In this document: positions 1 through 9,540 of the stretch, piece after piece
Numbering within the stretch: the first letter of the stretch is position 1
Layout: each line of letters opens with the position of its first letter
DNA from: Flavobacteriales bacterium
Lineage (GTDB): Bacteria; Bacteroidota; Bacteroidia; CAIKAF01
DNA: 62,295 bases
Direction of reading: 5' to 3'
NCBI GenBank assembly: GCA_044345355.1
Contig: JBIJBG010000001.1
Span: forward strand, 1 to 62,295
The notes under the pieces: generated by a model
Databases searched by the model: none
The model's input: the letters and a program-made list of their open reading frames with translations, nothing else
What the model was told of the DNA's origin: nothing
Position numbers and translations under genes: made by a program

Positions 1-889
1 ATTCTTCAAGAGAACGGACGGGAACGGAAGAGATAAGTCCAGCTCCCGATTCGATGATAAACGCGTGCAGCGACGGCGCCATATCGGCATGAATTTCAAG
101 CACAAACCGATTCCCTTCAGCAGAAAGAAGGCTGTCTTTAAAATTCGAATTTTCCAACGATTTGTTCAAAAGGTTGAAGTTGTCTACGGTTATCGTAACC
201 TTCAGCAATCCCGAAGACAACAATTCCAGGACGCCGCCCTCTATAACCGCTTTGCCTTTATTGATAATCACCATGCGGTTGGCCATCAATTCTACCTCTG
301 CCAAAATGTGGCTGCTCAATAACACCGTTTTTCCGAAATCCCGATTCAGGCGGATAATCAATTCGCGCATTTCCTTCATCCCCTGCGGATCTAATCCGTT
401 TGCCGGCTCATCCAGGACCAACAGCTCGGGATTGTGCATGATGGCACGGGCCAAACCCAGGCGCTGTTTCATTCCCTGGGAATACGTTTTCGACCTGTCG
501 GCCTCACGCCCTTTCAGGCCCACCATGTCCAATACTTCGTAAATACGGGATTTGCTCACTTCCACACCGGAAATACGCGCTATGATTTCCAGATTTTTGT
601 AGGCAGATAAATATTTGTAAAAATCGGGGCGCTCAATCAGGGCGCCGACCTTAAACAACATTTTTCTTCGGCTTTTTCCCTCGTGCCCGAAAAGCCGTAT
701 GCTGCCGGAGGTGGGTTCTGCAAAGCCGAGCAACATGCGTATGGTGGTGCTTTTCCCGGCCCCGTTGGGCCCCAAAAATGCGTAGATATCACCACGGCGT
801 ACGGTAAAATCCAATCCGTTCACCGCCCGGTAATTCCTAAAGGACTTGTACAATCCGGCTGCTTCTACATACGTTTCTGTGATCTCCAC
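1..889 (-). CDS. ABC transporter ATP-binding protein (3' end runs off the window; partial, so absent from the ORF track)
   Basis: My reverse-strand translation reads (V)EITETYVEAAGLYKSF...GPNGAGKST (Walker A)...SQGMKQRLGLA (ABC signature)...LLVLDEP (Walker B)...SSHIL. An in-frame TAA lies upstream at 920-922, so the start is GTG 889 or TTG 895. Confidence 0.85.
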   Translation of the reverse strand, partial: MEITETYVEAAGLYKSFRNYRAVNGLDFTVRRGDIYAFLGPNGAGKSTTIRMLLGFAEPTSGSIRLFGHEGKSRRKMLFKVGALIERPDFYKYLSAYKNLEIIARISGVEVSKSRIYEVLDMVGLKGREADRSKTYSQGMKQRLGLARAIMHNPELLVLDEPANGLDPQGMKEMRELIIRLNRDFGKTVLLSSHILAEVELMANRMVIINKGKAVIEGGVLELLSSGLLKVTITVDNFNLLNKSLENSNFKDSLLSAEGNRFVLEIHADMAPSLHAFIIESGAGLISSVPVRSLEE

Positions 890-932
890 GGGCAAATAAC
901 ACCCGTGGCGGCCGGTTGTTTAAACAATAAGG

Positions 933-2597
933 CTAATTCAGGCGCATAATGGTACGTGCTACCGTTTTACCGGCAGTTTCAATAAACAGCGTGTAGGCAC
1001 CCACCGCCAAGCCGAGTCTGTCCGCATCAACCGTGAGCGAATGTTCTCCCGGCGGTTTCGTGCCGTTGAACACGGGATATTTTTTACCGTGCATGTCGGT
1101 AAGATAAACAGAAACTGCGGCTTGTTTTTCCAGCGTGAAAGACAACCTGGTCTCTTTACCGAATGGGTTGGGTGCCACGGCCCACTTGATAACCTCGCCT
1201 TTACTTTCCTCAATGCTTGCGGGATACGCCGTCTTGATAATGGTGAAATGATCACGTTCTATTCCGTCGCCGTCAATATGATAACCATCCAGACGATTTC
1301 CCGATACATCGAGAACCAGGGAACCGATGCAGGTATCGCATCCATAAGCGGTGAACATGGCGGGGTGAAGCAGATTGGGTTCCTCCTCCTTACTTCCGGA
1401 ATTTCCGCAGACCACATAAACCGTACCCTGATTAGGCTGAGGGCCATCGGTATATTTTATGTATGCCCCGCCTGTGGCATCAGAGCCCCCCGTGCTTTGC
1501 AAAATCATGGATGAGTTGAATGAGCTTAAATCGCCATATAAACCCTTCATTAAATAACTTCTTTCATATACATGACTATGGCCGTTTAAAATAAGATCTA
1601 CGCCATATTGTTCCAAAACGGGAGTCCAATATTCTCGCATGGCTTTCATGTACACCTCCCAAAATGCCTCAGAATCATGAGACCCGTCAGTATGCGGGGG
1701 TTGATGAAAATATACCACCGTCCAGGGAAGCGTATTGGCTGCCAGATCCTGCTGAAGCCATGTCATCATGGGCGAGCCGGAAAATGTTCCGAAAAGTCGG
1801 ATACCCGTCCAATCGTGAGAGGCATTATACAATGAACCCAACTCTGAATTAAGAGAAACAAAATGAACATTTCCATAATTGAACGAATAGTACAACTTGG
1901 TGCCGGAAGGAATCCCGCCGGCCTCGCCATTGATGGGAGGGGAAACCATGTCCAGATAGGGGCCTGTTTGAGAAAGCGGAGCCACTGAGCCGGTCACGGG
2001 CGATATCACATTGTAGTCATGATTTCCGGGAGTGGGCATAAACGGAAGCCTGGTCATGGTTTTTTTATAGCCCCAAACCGAGTCAAACACGTATGCCTGG
2101 TATTCTTCATCGCGCCCGTCAGGATAAACATTGTCGCCCAGCCAGAGCCACACGTCAGTTTCTTTGCCCGGTTGATAATTCAAATAGGCATCCCGCACTT
2201 TTTGCTGAGAGGTGTTTCCTTTCCCAAAATCGCCCATGGCCCAAACCCGAAGATCAGGAGCAGTTCCGGGAGCGGGAAATGTTTTAAAACGAAAATCAAC
2301 CCCCTGACTTGCCCCGGCCACATTGTTTACGGAATAATAATAGGTCGTGGACGGATTAAGCCCCGTTATGCTGACGATGTGATCGGTTGTCAATGCGGAG
2401 TCTCCGAAGGTGAGATTCAAATTTTGCAGATTGCTGCCCACGCTTACCGAGGAGGTGGAGGCCACGTCGGTGCGCCAAAGAATTTTGATTGAATTGGGGG
2501 TAGGTGCCTGAAGGTAAGGCCCGCGAATTACATTCACCTGAGCACTCAAGGGCACTATCGAAATGAGAAAAAACAAAAAAGCAACTCTATTTTTCAT
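933..2597 (-). CDS. Secreted purple-acid-phosphatase-type metallophosphoesterase with T9SS type A C-terminal sorting domain
   Basis: 554-aa ORF with signal peptide MKNRVAFLFFLISIVPLSAQ. Metallophosphoesterase motifs GDFG, GDNVY, GNHD and GHSHVYER are present. The last ~80 aa (APNPFGKETRLSF...FIETAGKTVARTIMRLN) look like a Por/T9SS CTD. Confidence 0.85.
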   Translation of the reverse strand: MKNRVAFLFFLISIVPLSAQVNVIRGPYLQAPTPNSIKILWRTDVASTSSVSVGSNLQNLNLTFGDSALTTDHIVSITGLNPSTTYYYSVNNVAGASQGVDFRFKTFPAPGTAPDLRVWAMGDFGKGNTSQQKVRDAYLNYQPGKETDVWLWLGDNVYPDGRDEEYQAYVFDSVWGYKKTMTRLPFMPTPGNHDYNVISPVTGSVAPLSQTGPYLDMVSPPINGEAGGIPSGTKLYYSFNYGNVHFVSLNSELGSLYNASHDWTGIRLFGTFSGSPMMTWLQQDLAANTLPWTVVYFHQPPHTDGSHDSEAFWEVYMKAMREYWTPVLEQYGVDLILNGHSHVYERSYLMKGLYGDLSSFNSSMILQSTGGSDATGGAYIKYTDGPQPNQGTVYVVCGNSGSKEEEPNLLHPAMFTAYGCDTCIGSLVLDVSGNRLDGYHIDGDGIERDHFTIIKTAYPASIEESKGEVIKWAVAPNPFGKETRLSFTLEKQAAVSVYLTDMHGKKYPVFNGTKPPGEHSLTVDADRLGLAVGAYTLFIETAGKTVARTIMRLN

Positions 2598-2738
2598 GTT
2601 TCAAATATCAGTGGGAAAGATTAACCAAAGATTAAAAAAATCTTGTATTTCAAAAAACAAGATGAATACCTTGAAAAATAAAAACGCAGAAAGTCAGTTT
2701 CAAAAAAAAGTCGTTTCTTCAACCTTAAATTAATTATC

Positions 2739-3947
2739 ATGATTCGCTTTTCAGTAACTACTCTTATTACAACGGGTTTGTTTTCAGGGTTTATGTTTAA
2801 TGCGCAGGCGCAAAAAACCATGACCAATAAAAAAGACGGAGGATATTCCTTTAAGGTCATCAATGCCATTGATGCCACGGATGTGCAAAACCAAAACCGA
2901 ACAGGAACCTGCTGGAGTTTTTCGGCCCTCTCTTTTTATGAGTCGGAGCTGATCCGTCAGGGAAAGGGAAAAATAAACCTGAGCGAAATGTTCGTCGTGC
3001 GTAAGGCCTATGAGGCCAAAGCTGATTTTTTTGTACGCTTCAACGGAAAACACAATTTCGGGCCCGGGGGCGCCTTTCATGATATTCCCTATGTTTTAGA
3101 GCGCTACGGAATAGTTCCTGAAGAGGCTTACAAGGGCCTCAATTATGGTGATGACAAACACAACCATGCCGAGTTGGACGCCCTGTTGGAAGCCATGATG
3201 AACGTGATCATCAAAAATCCGCAGAAAAAACTGACCCCCGTTTGGAAAAAGGCCGTTTCAGGCGTTCTGGATGCTTATCTGGGTGTCGTGCCTGAAAAAT
3301 TTACCTATGAAGGAACGGAGTATACTCCGAAAACCTATGCCCAAAGCCTTAACCTGAATATGAACGACTACATTTCCATTACGTCGTTTTCGCACCATCC
3401 GTTTTACGGCCGGTTTGCCTTGGAAATTCCCGATAACTGGAACCTTGGTCAATCGTACAACCTCCCTTTGGATGAGTTTACCGAGGTGATGGAACATGCC
3501 GTAAAAAAAGGATTCGGGCTGGCATGGGGAGCCGATGTGAGCGAAAAAGGCTTTTCCTTCCGCGACGGGTTGGCCATCGTGCCGGAAGATGAATCGACCA
3601 TCATCAAAAAAGGAGAAGACAACAAGCAATATAACGATGCCGGTGCCGTCAAAATCAGCTCTGCCTTTGATGCGCCCGTTAAAGAAAAAACCATCACGCA
3701 GGAACTCCGGCAGGCGGCATTTGATAATTACGAAACAACGGACGACCACGGCATGCACATCACCGGGCTGGTGAAAGACCAAAACGGATCCCCTTATTTT
3801 CTGGTGAAAAACTCGTGGGGCAAGGCCAACGATTGCGACGGCTATTTCTTTGCCTCCCTACCTTACGTGCAGTATAAAACCATCAATTTTATCGTACACA
3901 AAGACGGTATTCCCAGAGAAATCAAAAACAAACTGGGCATTAAATAA
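2739..3947 (+). CDS. pepC: Aminopeptidase C / bleomycin-hydrolase-type C1 cysteine peptidase, with N-terminal signal-like segment
   Basis: 402-aa ORF. It has the catalytic-Cys motif NQNRTGTCWSFSALSF, a DDHGMHITG His region and a KNSWG motif. The N-terminus (TGLFSGFMFNAQAQ) is hydrophobic. Confidence 0.82.
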   Translation: MIRFSVTTLITTGLFSGFMFNAQAQKTMTNKKDGGYSFKVINAIDATDVQNQNRTGTCWSFSALSFYESELIRQGKGKINLSEMFVVRKAYEAKADFFVRFNGKHNFGPGGAFHDIPYVLERYGIVPEEAYKGLNYGDDKHNHAELDALLEAMMNVIIKNPQKKLTPVWKKAVSGVLDAYLGVVPEKFTYEGTEYTPKTYAQSLNLNMNDYISITSFSHHPFYGRFALEIPDNWNLGQSYNLPLDEFTEVMEHAVKKGFGLAWGADVSEKGFSFRDGLAIVPEDESTIIKKGEDNKQYNDAGAVKISSAFDAPVKEKTITQELRQAAFDNYETTDDHGMHITGLVKDQNGSPYFLVKNSWGKANDCDGYFFASLPYVQYKTINFIVHKDGIPREIKNKLGIK

Positions 3948-3968
3948 TCGGCTCTGTCTTGCGGGCGC

Positions 3969-4550
3969 TTAGGAAAGTTTTGCGGAAATAAGGCTTAGAA
4001 ACTCGCGGCGGGTGGTTTGATTGGTGAGAAATTCGCCCACAAAAGCCGATGTTGTCGTAGAACTGTTTTGTTTTTCCACTCCGCGCATCTGCATGCAGAG
4101 ATGACGGGCCTCAATCACTACCGCCACGCCCGAAGGGCGAAGAACTTCCTGAATGCAATCCCGAATTTCCATGGTAAGGCGCTCCTGTACCTGCAGGCGC
4201 CGTGCAAAAGCATCCACGATACGCGGGATTTTGCTCAGCCCCACAATATGGCCTTGCGGAATGTAGGCAATATGGGCCTTGCCAAAAAAGGGCAATAAAT
4301 GGTGCTCGCAAAGAGAATATAACTCTATGTCTTTAACTACCACCATTTCGCTGTAATCTTCTCGAAACATGGCGGAACGGAGAATTTCTTCGGGATTTTC
4401 ATGATACCCCTTGGTAAGAAACTGCATGGCCTTGGCAGCTCTTTCCGGAGTTTTCAGAAGTCCGTCGCGCGAAGCGTCCTCCCCGATTTCGGAAATAAGT
4501 GCCTCGTAGTGATGCTTCAGAGAGTCGGTTACTTTTTCGTTATACTGCAT
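3969..4550 (-). CDS. folE: GTP cyclohydrolase I
   Basis: 193-aa ORF with the motif [18 protein letters not shown] and LTKGYHE...[15 protein letters not shown], typical of FolE type 1. Confidence 0.93.
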   Translation of the reverse strand: MQYNEKVTDSLKHHYEALISEIGEDASRDGLLKTPERAAKAMQFLTKGYHENPEEILRSAMFREDYSEMVVVKDIELYSLCEHHLLPFFGKAHIAYIPQGHIVGLSKIPRIVDAFARRLQVQERLTMEIRDCIQEVLRPSGVAVVIEARHLCMQMRGVEKQNSSTTTSAFVGEFLTNQTTRREFLSLISAKLS

Positions 4551-4571
4551 AGCGGTTGATTTGGTGGGTGA

Positions 4572-4988
4572 TTATTCGCCGTAATACTCAACAAAATTGC
4601 GTTCCGTTTCGTACAATTTTATTTTGTGAAGACGGCAGTTGGGAAATACATGAATCTCCGGTTCCAGAATGTTCCAGATTTCCATGGCCAAAACCTCGGT
4701 AGACGCCATTTTCCCTCTCATAAAAGGAACATCCTCGTTCAGGTTTTTGTGATCCAGCTCTTCGATTACCTTTTCTTTAATGAGCCTGCTCAAAAATTTA
4801 AGGTCGATGACAAAGCCGGTATCCGGATCGGGAGTGCCCTTTACGGTCACATATAAATCAAAATTATGACCATGCCAGTTGGCATTCGCACATTTGCCGA
4901 ACACTTCCTCGTTTTTTTCCGCGCTCCAGTCGGGCCTCCACAATTTATGGGCCGCATTGAAATGCTCTTTGCGGGTGAGGTGAATCAT
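4572..4988 (-). CDS. queD: 6-carboxy-5,6,7,8-tetrahydropterin synthase (6-pyruvoyl-tetrahydropterin synthase family)
   Basis: Carries FNAAHKL...CANANWHGHNF...VIDLK motifs. I prefer ATG 4988 (MIHLTRKEHFNAAH) over the track start 5048, which would overlap the divergent hldD region. Confidence 0.86.
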   Translation of the reverse strand: MIHLTRKEHFNAAHKLWRPDWSAEKNEEVFGKCANANWHGHNFDLYVTVKGTPDPDTGFVIDLKFLSRLIKEKVIEELDHKNLNEDVPFMRGKMASTEVLAMEIWNILEPEIHVFPNCRLHKIKLYETERNFVEYYGE

Positions 4989-5010
4989 ACTTCTCCGAAT
5001 AAAATATGGG

Positions 5011-5043
5011 CAAAGATAACCCCATTTACGGGTGAAAAACAAG
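5011..5043 (-). promoter_or_regulatory. Candidate Bacteroidota sigma-A promoter for queD-folE
   Basis: On the minus strand there is a TATCTTTG (-7 box, TAnnTTTG) at 5011-5018. It is preceded by cTTG after a 21-nt spacer and lies ~22 nt upstream of ATG 4988. Confidence 0.3.
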
Positions 5044-5058
5044 GACAATCCATTCCGG

Positions 5059-5089
5059 TTTGCAATTCAGGAACTTGAAACTACCTTTA
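5059..5089 (+). promoter_or_regulatory. Candidate Bacteroidota sigma-A promoter for hldD
   Basis: TTTG (5059-5062), a 19-nt spacer, then TACCTTTA (5082-5089, one mismatch to TAnnTTTG). It lies 17 nt upstream of ATG 5107. Confidence 0.35.
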
Positions 5090-5106
5090 CAGAGAATTTA
5101 CACACC

Positions 5107-6117
5107 ATGATTGTTATTACGGGAGCCGCAGGATTCATCGGCGGATATGTGGCCGCAAAATTCAACGCATACGGAGTACGCGACCTTATTTTGTCGGATG
5201 ATTTTTCGAATGACTCAAAAAAGAAAAACCATATCGGACGCTGCTGCATCGCCAAAATTCACCGCGATGAATTAATCCAAATACTCGAGAGAGATTATTC
5301 CGGCAAAGTGGAGGCATTCATTCATCTGGGAGCCCGCACCGACACAACTGAACAGGACGCAGAACTGCTGAACCGCATGAATACTGAATATTCCAAATCG
5401 GTATGGAATTACTGCACGCGAAACCGCATCAACCTGATTTATGCCTCTTCCGCAGCAACCTACGGCGGAGGAGAAAAGGGCTATTCCGACGCTACGCCCC
5501 CGGCAGAACTTCATCCGTTAAACCCTTATGGAGTCAGCAAAAATGAATTTGACAAATGGGCGTTGTCCCAAACAGACACACCTCCGTTTTTCTGCGGACT
5601 GAAATTTTTTAATGTTTACGGCCCCGGAGAAGAGCACAAAGGCCGCATGGCTTCGGTGGTGTATCATGCCTTCCGGCAGATTCGGGAAACCGGCAAACTG
5701 AAATTGTTCCGTTCACACAAAACAGACGTGGCCGACGGAGAACAAAAGCGCGATTTCATATATGTGGATGACGTGGCCGAGCTCATCTGGTTTATCTACA
5801 AACGCCATCCGCACAAAGGATTGCTGAATATAGGTACGGGAGAGGCGCGCACCTTTCTTGATCTGGGCAGGGCGGTGTTTTCGGCCATGGGCCTGGAACC
5901 GTATATTGAATTCATCGATACGCCGGAAGACATCCGGGCCGCTTACCAATATTTTACCCAGGCCGATGTGACACGCCTGAATGCCACCGGGTTTTATCGA
6001 CCGATAACTTCTCTGGAAAAAGGAATCGAATTATACGTGAGAAATTATCTGCTTCCCCAGGCGGTTTATCGTGGATGCACAAAAAAAGAGTGCAGTTGTG
6101 GGAATTCAGCCACATAA
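5107..6117 (+). CDS. hldD: ADP-L-glycero-D-manno-heptose 6-epimerase-like NAD-dependent epimerase
   Basis: Motifs: MIVITGAAGFIG Rossmann start, ASSAATYGG, FNVYGPGEEHKGRMASVV, QKRDFIYVDDVA and YQYFTQADVTRL. They run collinear with E. coli HldD as I remember it. There is an extra Cys-rich ~20-aa C-terminal tail (YRGCTKKECSCGNSAT). Confidence 0.8.
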   Translation: MIVITGAAGFIGGYVAAKFNAYGVRDLILSDDFSNDSKKKNHIGRCCIAKIHRDELIQILERDYSGKVEAFIHLGARTDTTEQDAELLNRMNTEYSKSVWNYCTRNRINLIYASSAATYGGGEKGYSDATPPAELHPLNPYGVSKNEFDKWALSQTDTPPFFCGLKFFNVYGPGEEHKGRMASVVYHAFRQIRETGKLKLFRSHKTDVADGEQKRDFIYVDDVAELIWFIYKRHPHKGLLNIGTGEARTFLDLGRAVFSAMGLEPYIEFIDTPEDIRAAYQYFTQADVTRLNATGFYRPITSLEKGIELYVRNYLLPQAVYRGCTKKECSCGNSAT

Positions 6118-6118
6118 A

Positions 6119-6138
6119 TTATAACACCCCGGTTATAA
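6119..6138. terminator. Weak AT-rich hairpin between convergent hldD and the VIT/vWA gene
   Basis: TTATAAC-accccg-GTTATAA inverted repeat, 2 nt after the hldD stop. Confidence 0.25.
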
Positions 6139-6152
6139 CAACACCATCACGT

Positions 6153-8303
6153 TCATTCCCTGACCACATATTTTACCCGATTGTAAACAAAGCTCACATT
6201 AATCCCCAGGGCCAACATCCTTGCAAGTTCCCGATTGCGCAGAGCAAGTGAAAAATAAACTTCCGAGCCAAAACGGATTTGTTCGGTATGCGTGAATGTT
6301 CCCGGTTCCACCTCTTCCCATCCCCTATCTGATAGCACAAAATTCCGGCCGGCGACGTTGGCAAATCGGACGTTTCCCATATTGTCCACTGCTTGATTCG
6401 CGGGCGATTCGGCCCTGTTCATTTCGCTGATGGCATTTCCTGCCCTTGTGCTTCCTTTGCCGCTTACCGATTTCAGGTTTTCATATTCTTCGCGCATCAT
6501 GGTTTGGGTAGGAGCATCATTTATCCTTTCCTGAAAAATCAAAGGCCGGGGCTGCTGCCTTACCGGGGGCGGTTGCTGCATCTCGTCTTCCAGAATTAAA
6601 TAGGAGGTATATGGCGTGATGATTCCGTATTTTCGGGCCAGATGAACCACCTCTGTTTTTAATTCCTCGTTTTCGCCTTTCAGGCGGATTTCTTCCAACA
6701 GGCGGCCTACTTTTCGCGTGGCCCACAATCCGGGAATAAATTCATTCCGTTCATCTTCGTTTCCCATAACCAAAGTTTTGGTCAGCGTGTACGATTGCCC
6801 CCGAAGTTTACCTTTCAGGATGATGGTGGCATTCCCGGGTGCATCATAACGACCAAATAAGGTAATGGAAGAGCCGGCAAACAAATCGGGAATTTTACGG
6901 GGATATACCTGCGAAATCCTCGAACCGCCCCCAAAAGAAAGCTCTATGTCGGTAATGACCGGCCGACTCAGCTTTTGGTAGATGTCGGATATTTTTATTT
7001 CCATATCCTCCTCCGGGTTCATGTAGGTATAATATCCCCGGGTGGCGGCGCTTATTTTTTCCAAAAGACGGGTATGCAAATCGTGGCCTATGCCTACCGA
7101 AAAAATGCGGGTGTTTCCTCCCGAGTTTTTTTCAATTTGGACCGCCAGTGCATCTCCGTCGGTCATTCCGATGGTGGGTTTCCCGTCTGTTATAAACAAA
7201 ATCATGTGCGGCCGGCCCTGCGCGGGAGGCTCTTTGAGCGCATAGTCAAATGCCTCTTGGATGTTGGTGCCTCCCATTTCCTGCAAGCCTTTTACAAAAG
7301 TGACGGCTTTTCGGTTGTTTTCGGGAGAATTTTCCACTCTTTTACCAAATAACGCCTCTGCTTCCGTGGAAAACCGCACCACATCAAAACGATCGGAAGT
7401 GCCCAGCTTACCAAGACAAAACAACAGGGCATTGCGGGCCTGGGTCATGCTTTTGCCGGCCATGCTGCCCGAACAGTCCAGTACAAAGGTGATGTCCTTA
7501 GGAAAGTCGGCATCCGCCTGCTCGAGATATCCGGGATTCAAGTCCAGAAAGAAAAAGCCCTCCTCACCGGGTTCTTTATGCGTGAGTGTGCTAATTCCCA
7601 ACTTGTCGTCTGATGCACCTACGTACAGCCTAAAATCTTGCTGTGGTTGATGATTTTTCTCTGAAAAAATAATGGCCGCCTCCCTGGCACTCTTTCTTTC
7701 GGAAATGACCTGATGGGTGGGAGAATACACCGTTTTTAATGCGGAGGAGGACGTAATATCCAGCCGTATGTCCACCTGCCGCAGAGTTGGAGCTGTTTTT
7801 CGCAACACGGCCAAAGGAAGGGAAAACTCCCACAAATCGCCCATTTTGGGCAACGTGTGTTCCAGCCGCACCAGCGTTTTCTTTTCAGCCTGGGGCTCCA
7901 AAGGAAAAATGCGGACACGAAATAAATCGGCACCGATGTATTCCATCAGCGCGGGATCTTTGTACCTGCGCACGATATCTTCGTAAATCTGACGGGCCTT
8001 GGCGGCATCGAGTAATTCGGCAGCCGTCATTTTTCCGTTGATATCCATTTTAAATTCCCCGATGCGCGCACCGGCCGGAACAGGAAATACAAACCACCCT
8101 TCCTGGCGTGCGGCCGTTGCATTATAAAAAACCTGTTCTATTTCTGTTACGGCTACCCCTTGATTTATGGTACTGTTTATTTTCACCGAACGGCATTCCG
8201 GCATATAGCTGCCGTTTTGCGAATTGACGATGATTATCCCTCCGCACATGCCGGAAAAAGAACTAAAAAGGGATAAAACAAAAACCGAGATCTGCTTTTT
8301 CAT
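6153..8303 (-). CDS. Secreted VIT-domain plus von Willebrand factor A (vWA) domain protein
   Basis: 716-aa ORF with a signal peptide. The N-terminal VIT-like region runs VTEIEQVFYN...FVFPVP...FRVRIFPLEP. The vWA MIDAS motif is ITFVLDCSGSMAG, followed by ILFITDGKPT. Confidence 0.85.
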   Translation of the reverse strand: MKKQISVFVLSLFSSFSGMCGGIIIVNSQNGSYMPECRSVKINSTINQGVAVTEIEQVFYNATAARQEGWFVFPVPAGARIGEFKMDINGKMTAAELLDAAKARQIYEDIVRRYKDPALMEYIGADLFRVRIFPLEPQAEKKTLVRLEHTLPKMGDLWEFSLPLAVLRKTAPTLRQVDIRLDITSSSALKTVYSPTHQVISERKSAREAAIIFSEKNHQPQQDFRLYVGASDDKLGISTLTHKEPGEEGFFFLDLNPGYLEQADADFPKDITFVLDCSGSMAGKSMTQARNALLFCLGKLGTSDRFDVVRFSTEAEALFGKRVENSPENNRKAVTFVKGLQEMGGTNIQEAFDYALKEPPAQGRPHMILFITDGKPTIGMTDGDALAVQIEKNSGGNTRIFSVGIGHDLHTRLLEKISAATRGYYTYMNPEEDMEIKISDIYQKLSRPVITDIELSFGGGSRISQVYPRKIPDLFAGSSITLFGRYDAPGNATIILKGKLRGQSYTLTKTLVMGNEDERNEFIPGLWATRKVGRLLEEIRLKGENEELKTEVVHLARKYGIITPYTSYLILEDEMQQPPPVRQQPRPLIFQERINDAPTQTMMREEYENLKSVSGKGSTRAGNAISEMNRAESPANQAVDNMGNVRFANVAGRNFVLSDRGWEEVEPGTFTHTEQIRFGSEVYFSLALRNRELARMLALGINVSFVYNRVKYVVRE

Positions 8304-8322
8304 ACTTGCTTTATTGTGATGT

Positions 8323-9429
8323 TTACGGATTCGGAAATGTAAATCCGAGTTTCATGGCACGCTCCCGCATAGCTTTCGACATCGCGGCATTAAGGGTATT
8401 GGTCTGCCCGGATTCTTTGGCCTTGGCCTGAATAAATTCCTGCCTTTTTACGCTGAGGGTTTGTATTTCGTTTTGAATGCGCATACGCTCCTCCGATTTC
8501 TTTTCCACGATTTCCTTTATTTCGGTGACTGATTTGCCTTTATATTCTTCCGGCAAATCCTCCTCATTCAGTTCTGAAGCTTTCACCTTCTGATTTTTTA
8601 CTGCATCCACCAAATCCCAATCATCAGCGCGGTAGGCAGAGGAGCTTTTGCTTATGGTGCGCTCGGCGGCCGCTGCGGGAGAATAAACGGCGGCATTGTT
8701 ATCCTGCGCGGTTTGATTTTCCCTTTTCACCGAACCCTTGGCTCCGAAAGCAATGTAGGTTTCATTCAGTTTTCCGTTCAGTTCGTTGATTTTAGAATCA
8801 AAAGGCGTTTCAATGAAAACGGTAGCCTGATTGGCGTCTATGTTCAGGTATTTCCCATCGGCCAGATCGGCGCCTTCCTTCCAAAAGCTTCTGATTCCTT
8901 CCTGGTAATCGCCGCAAAAAATGGTATTTACGACAATTCCCTTTCTGATTGCGGCTGCGCAGGTGGTCTTAAAATCTATTCTTCCCTGGTTGAAGGGCTC
9001 GTTGCCGGCAATGTAAATTAATTTCAGATCCCTCGGCGATGCAGACCACCCCGACTCCTGAATGCTTTTTCCTATTACGGCCCCGCAATACTCACTCCCA
9101 CCATTGGTGCGCAGGGCAAAAAGTTCCTGCGAAATTTTATCCAGATCGTTTGTAAGCGGAACCACCTGCCGGATGTAATTTCCTTCAGCTGAAAGACGAT
9201 CATTTCCATATTCGTACAGCGCAATCTGAATGTCGGGAATTTTCCCGTCGGCACGTGCAGTTGCCATTTCATTCACAATACTCCAAAGTTGGGTTTTTGT
9301 CTGCTCTATGAGCCCGTCCATGCTGTTGCTGGTATCCAGCAGCAGAGCCACCTGAATTTTCCGCTGGGCGGTAAGCGTATGCGCCGTAAAAAAAACGGCC
9401 GCCGTAAAAAGAAAAAGAGACTTGCGCAT
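8323..9429 (-). CDS. Secreted vWA-domain protein with C-terminal coiled-coil/charged region
   Basis: 368-aa ORF with signal peptide MRKSLFLFTAAVFFTAHTLTAQ. MIDAS motif is ALLLDTSNSMDG. The C-terminal third is K/E-rich. Confidence 0.8.
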   Translation of the reverse strand: MRKSLFLFTAAVFFTAHTLTAQRKIQVALLLDTSNSMDGLIEQTKTQLWSIVNEMATARADGKIPDIQIALYEYGNDRLSAEGNYIRQVVPLTNDLDKISQELFALRTNGGSEYCGAVIGKSIQESGWSASPRDLKLIYIAGNEPFNQGRIDFKTTCAAAIRKGIVVNTIFCGDYQEGIRSFWKEGADLADGKYLNIDANQATVFIETPFDSKINELNGKLNETYIAFGAKGSVKRENQTAQDNNAAVYSPAAAAERTISKSSSAYRADDWDLVDAVKNQKVKASELNEEDLPEEYKGKSVTEIKEIVEKKSEERMRIQNEIQTLSVKRQEFIQAKAKESGQTNTLNAAMSKAMRERAMKLGFTFPNP

Positions 9430-9540
9430 AATTTTTTGTTTTTATAAAAAGAAATACACCCTGTATGGCAAAACGTTCATCCGAAGGAAAAAAAATTCAA
9501 CCGTGTGGCTACCTTTGTGCAAAACGGAAAGGTTCATCCG

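Noticed and set aside
65-949. Plus-strand ORFs at the left edge (65-322, 162-542, 683-949)
   Set aside because: They lie antisense to a clear ABC ATPase gene (Walker A, signature, Walker B) that the track omits because it is partial.
4989-5106. preQ1 riboswitch upstream of queD-folE
   Set aside because: The predicted leader is only ~20-30 nt. I see no preQ1-type stem-loop followed by an A-rich tail.
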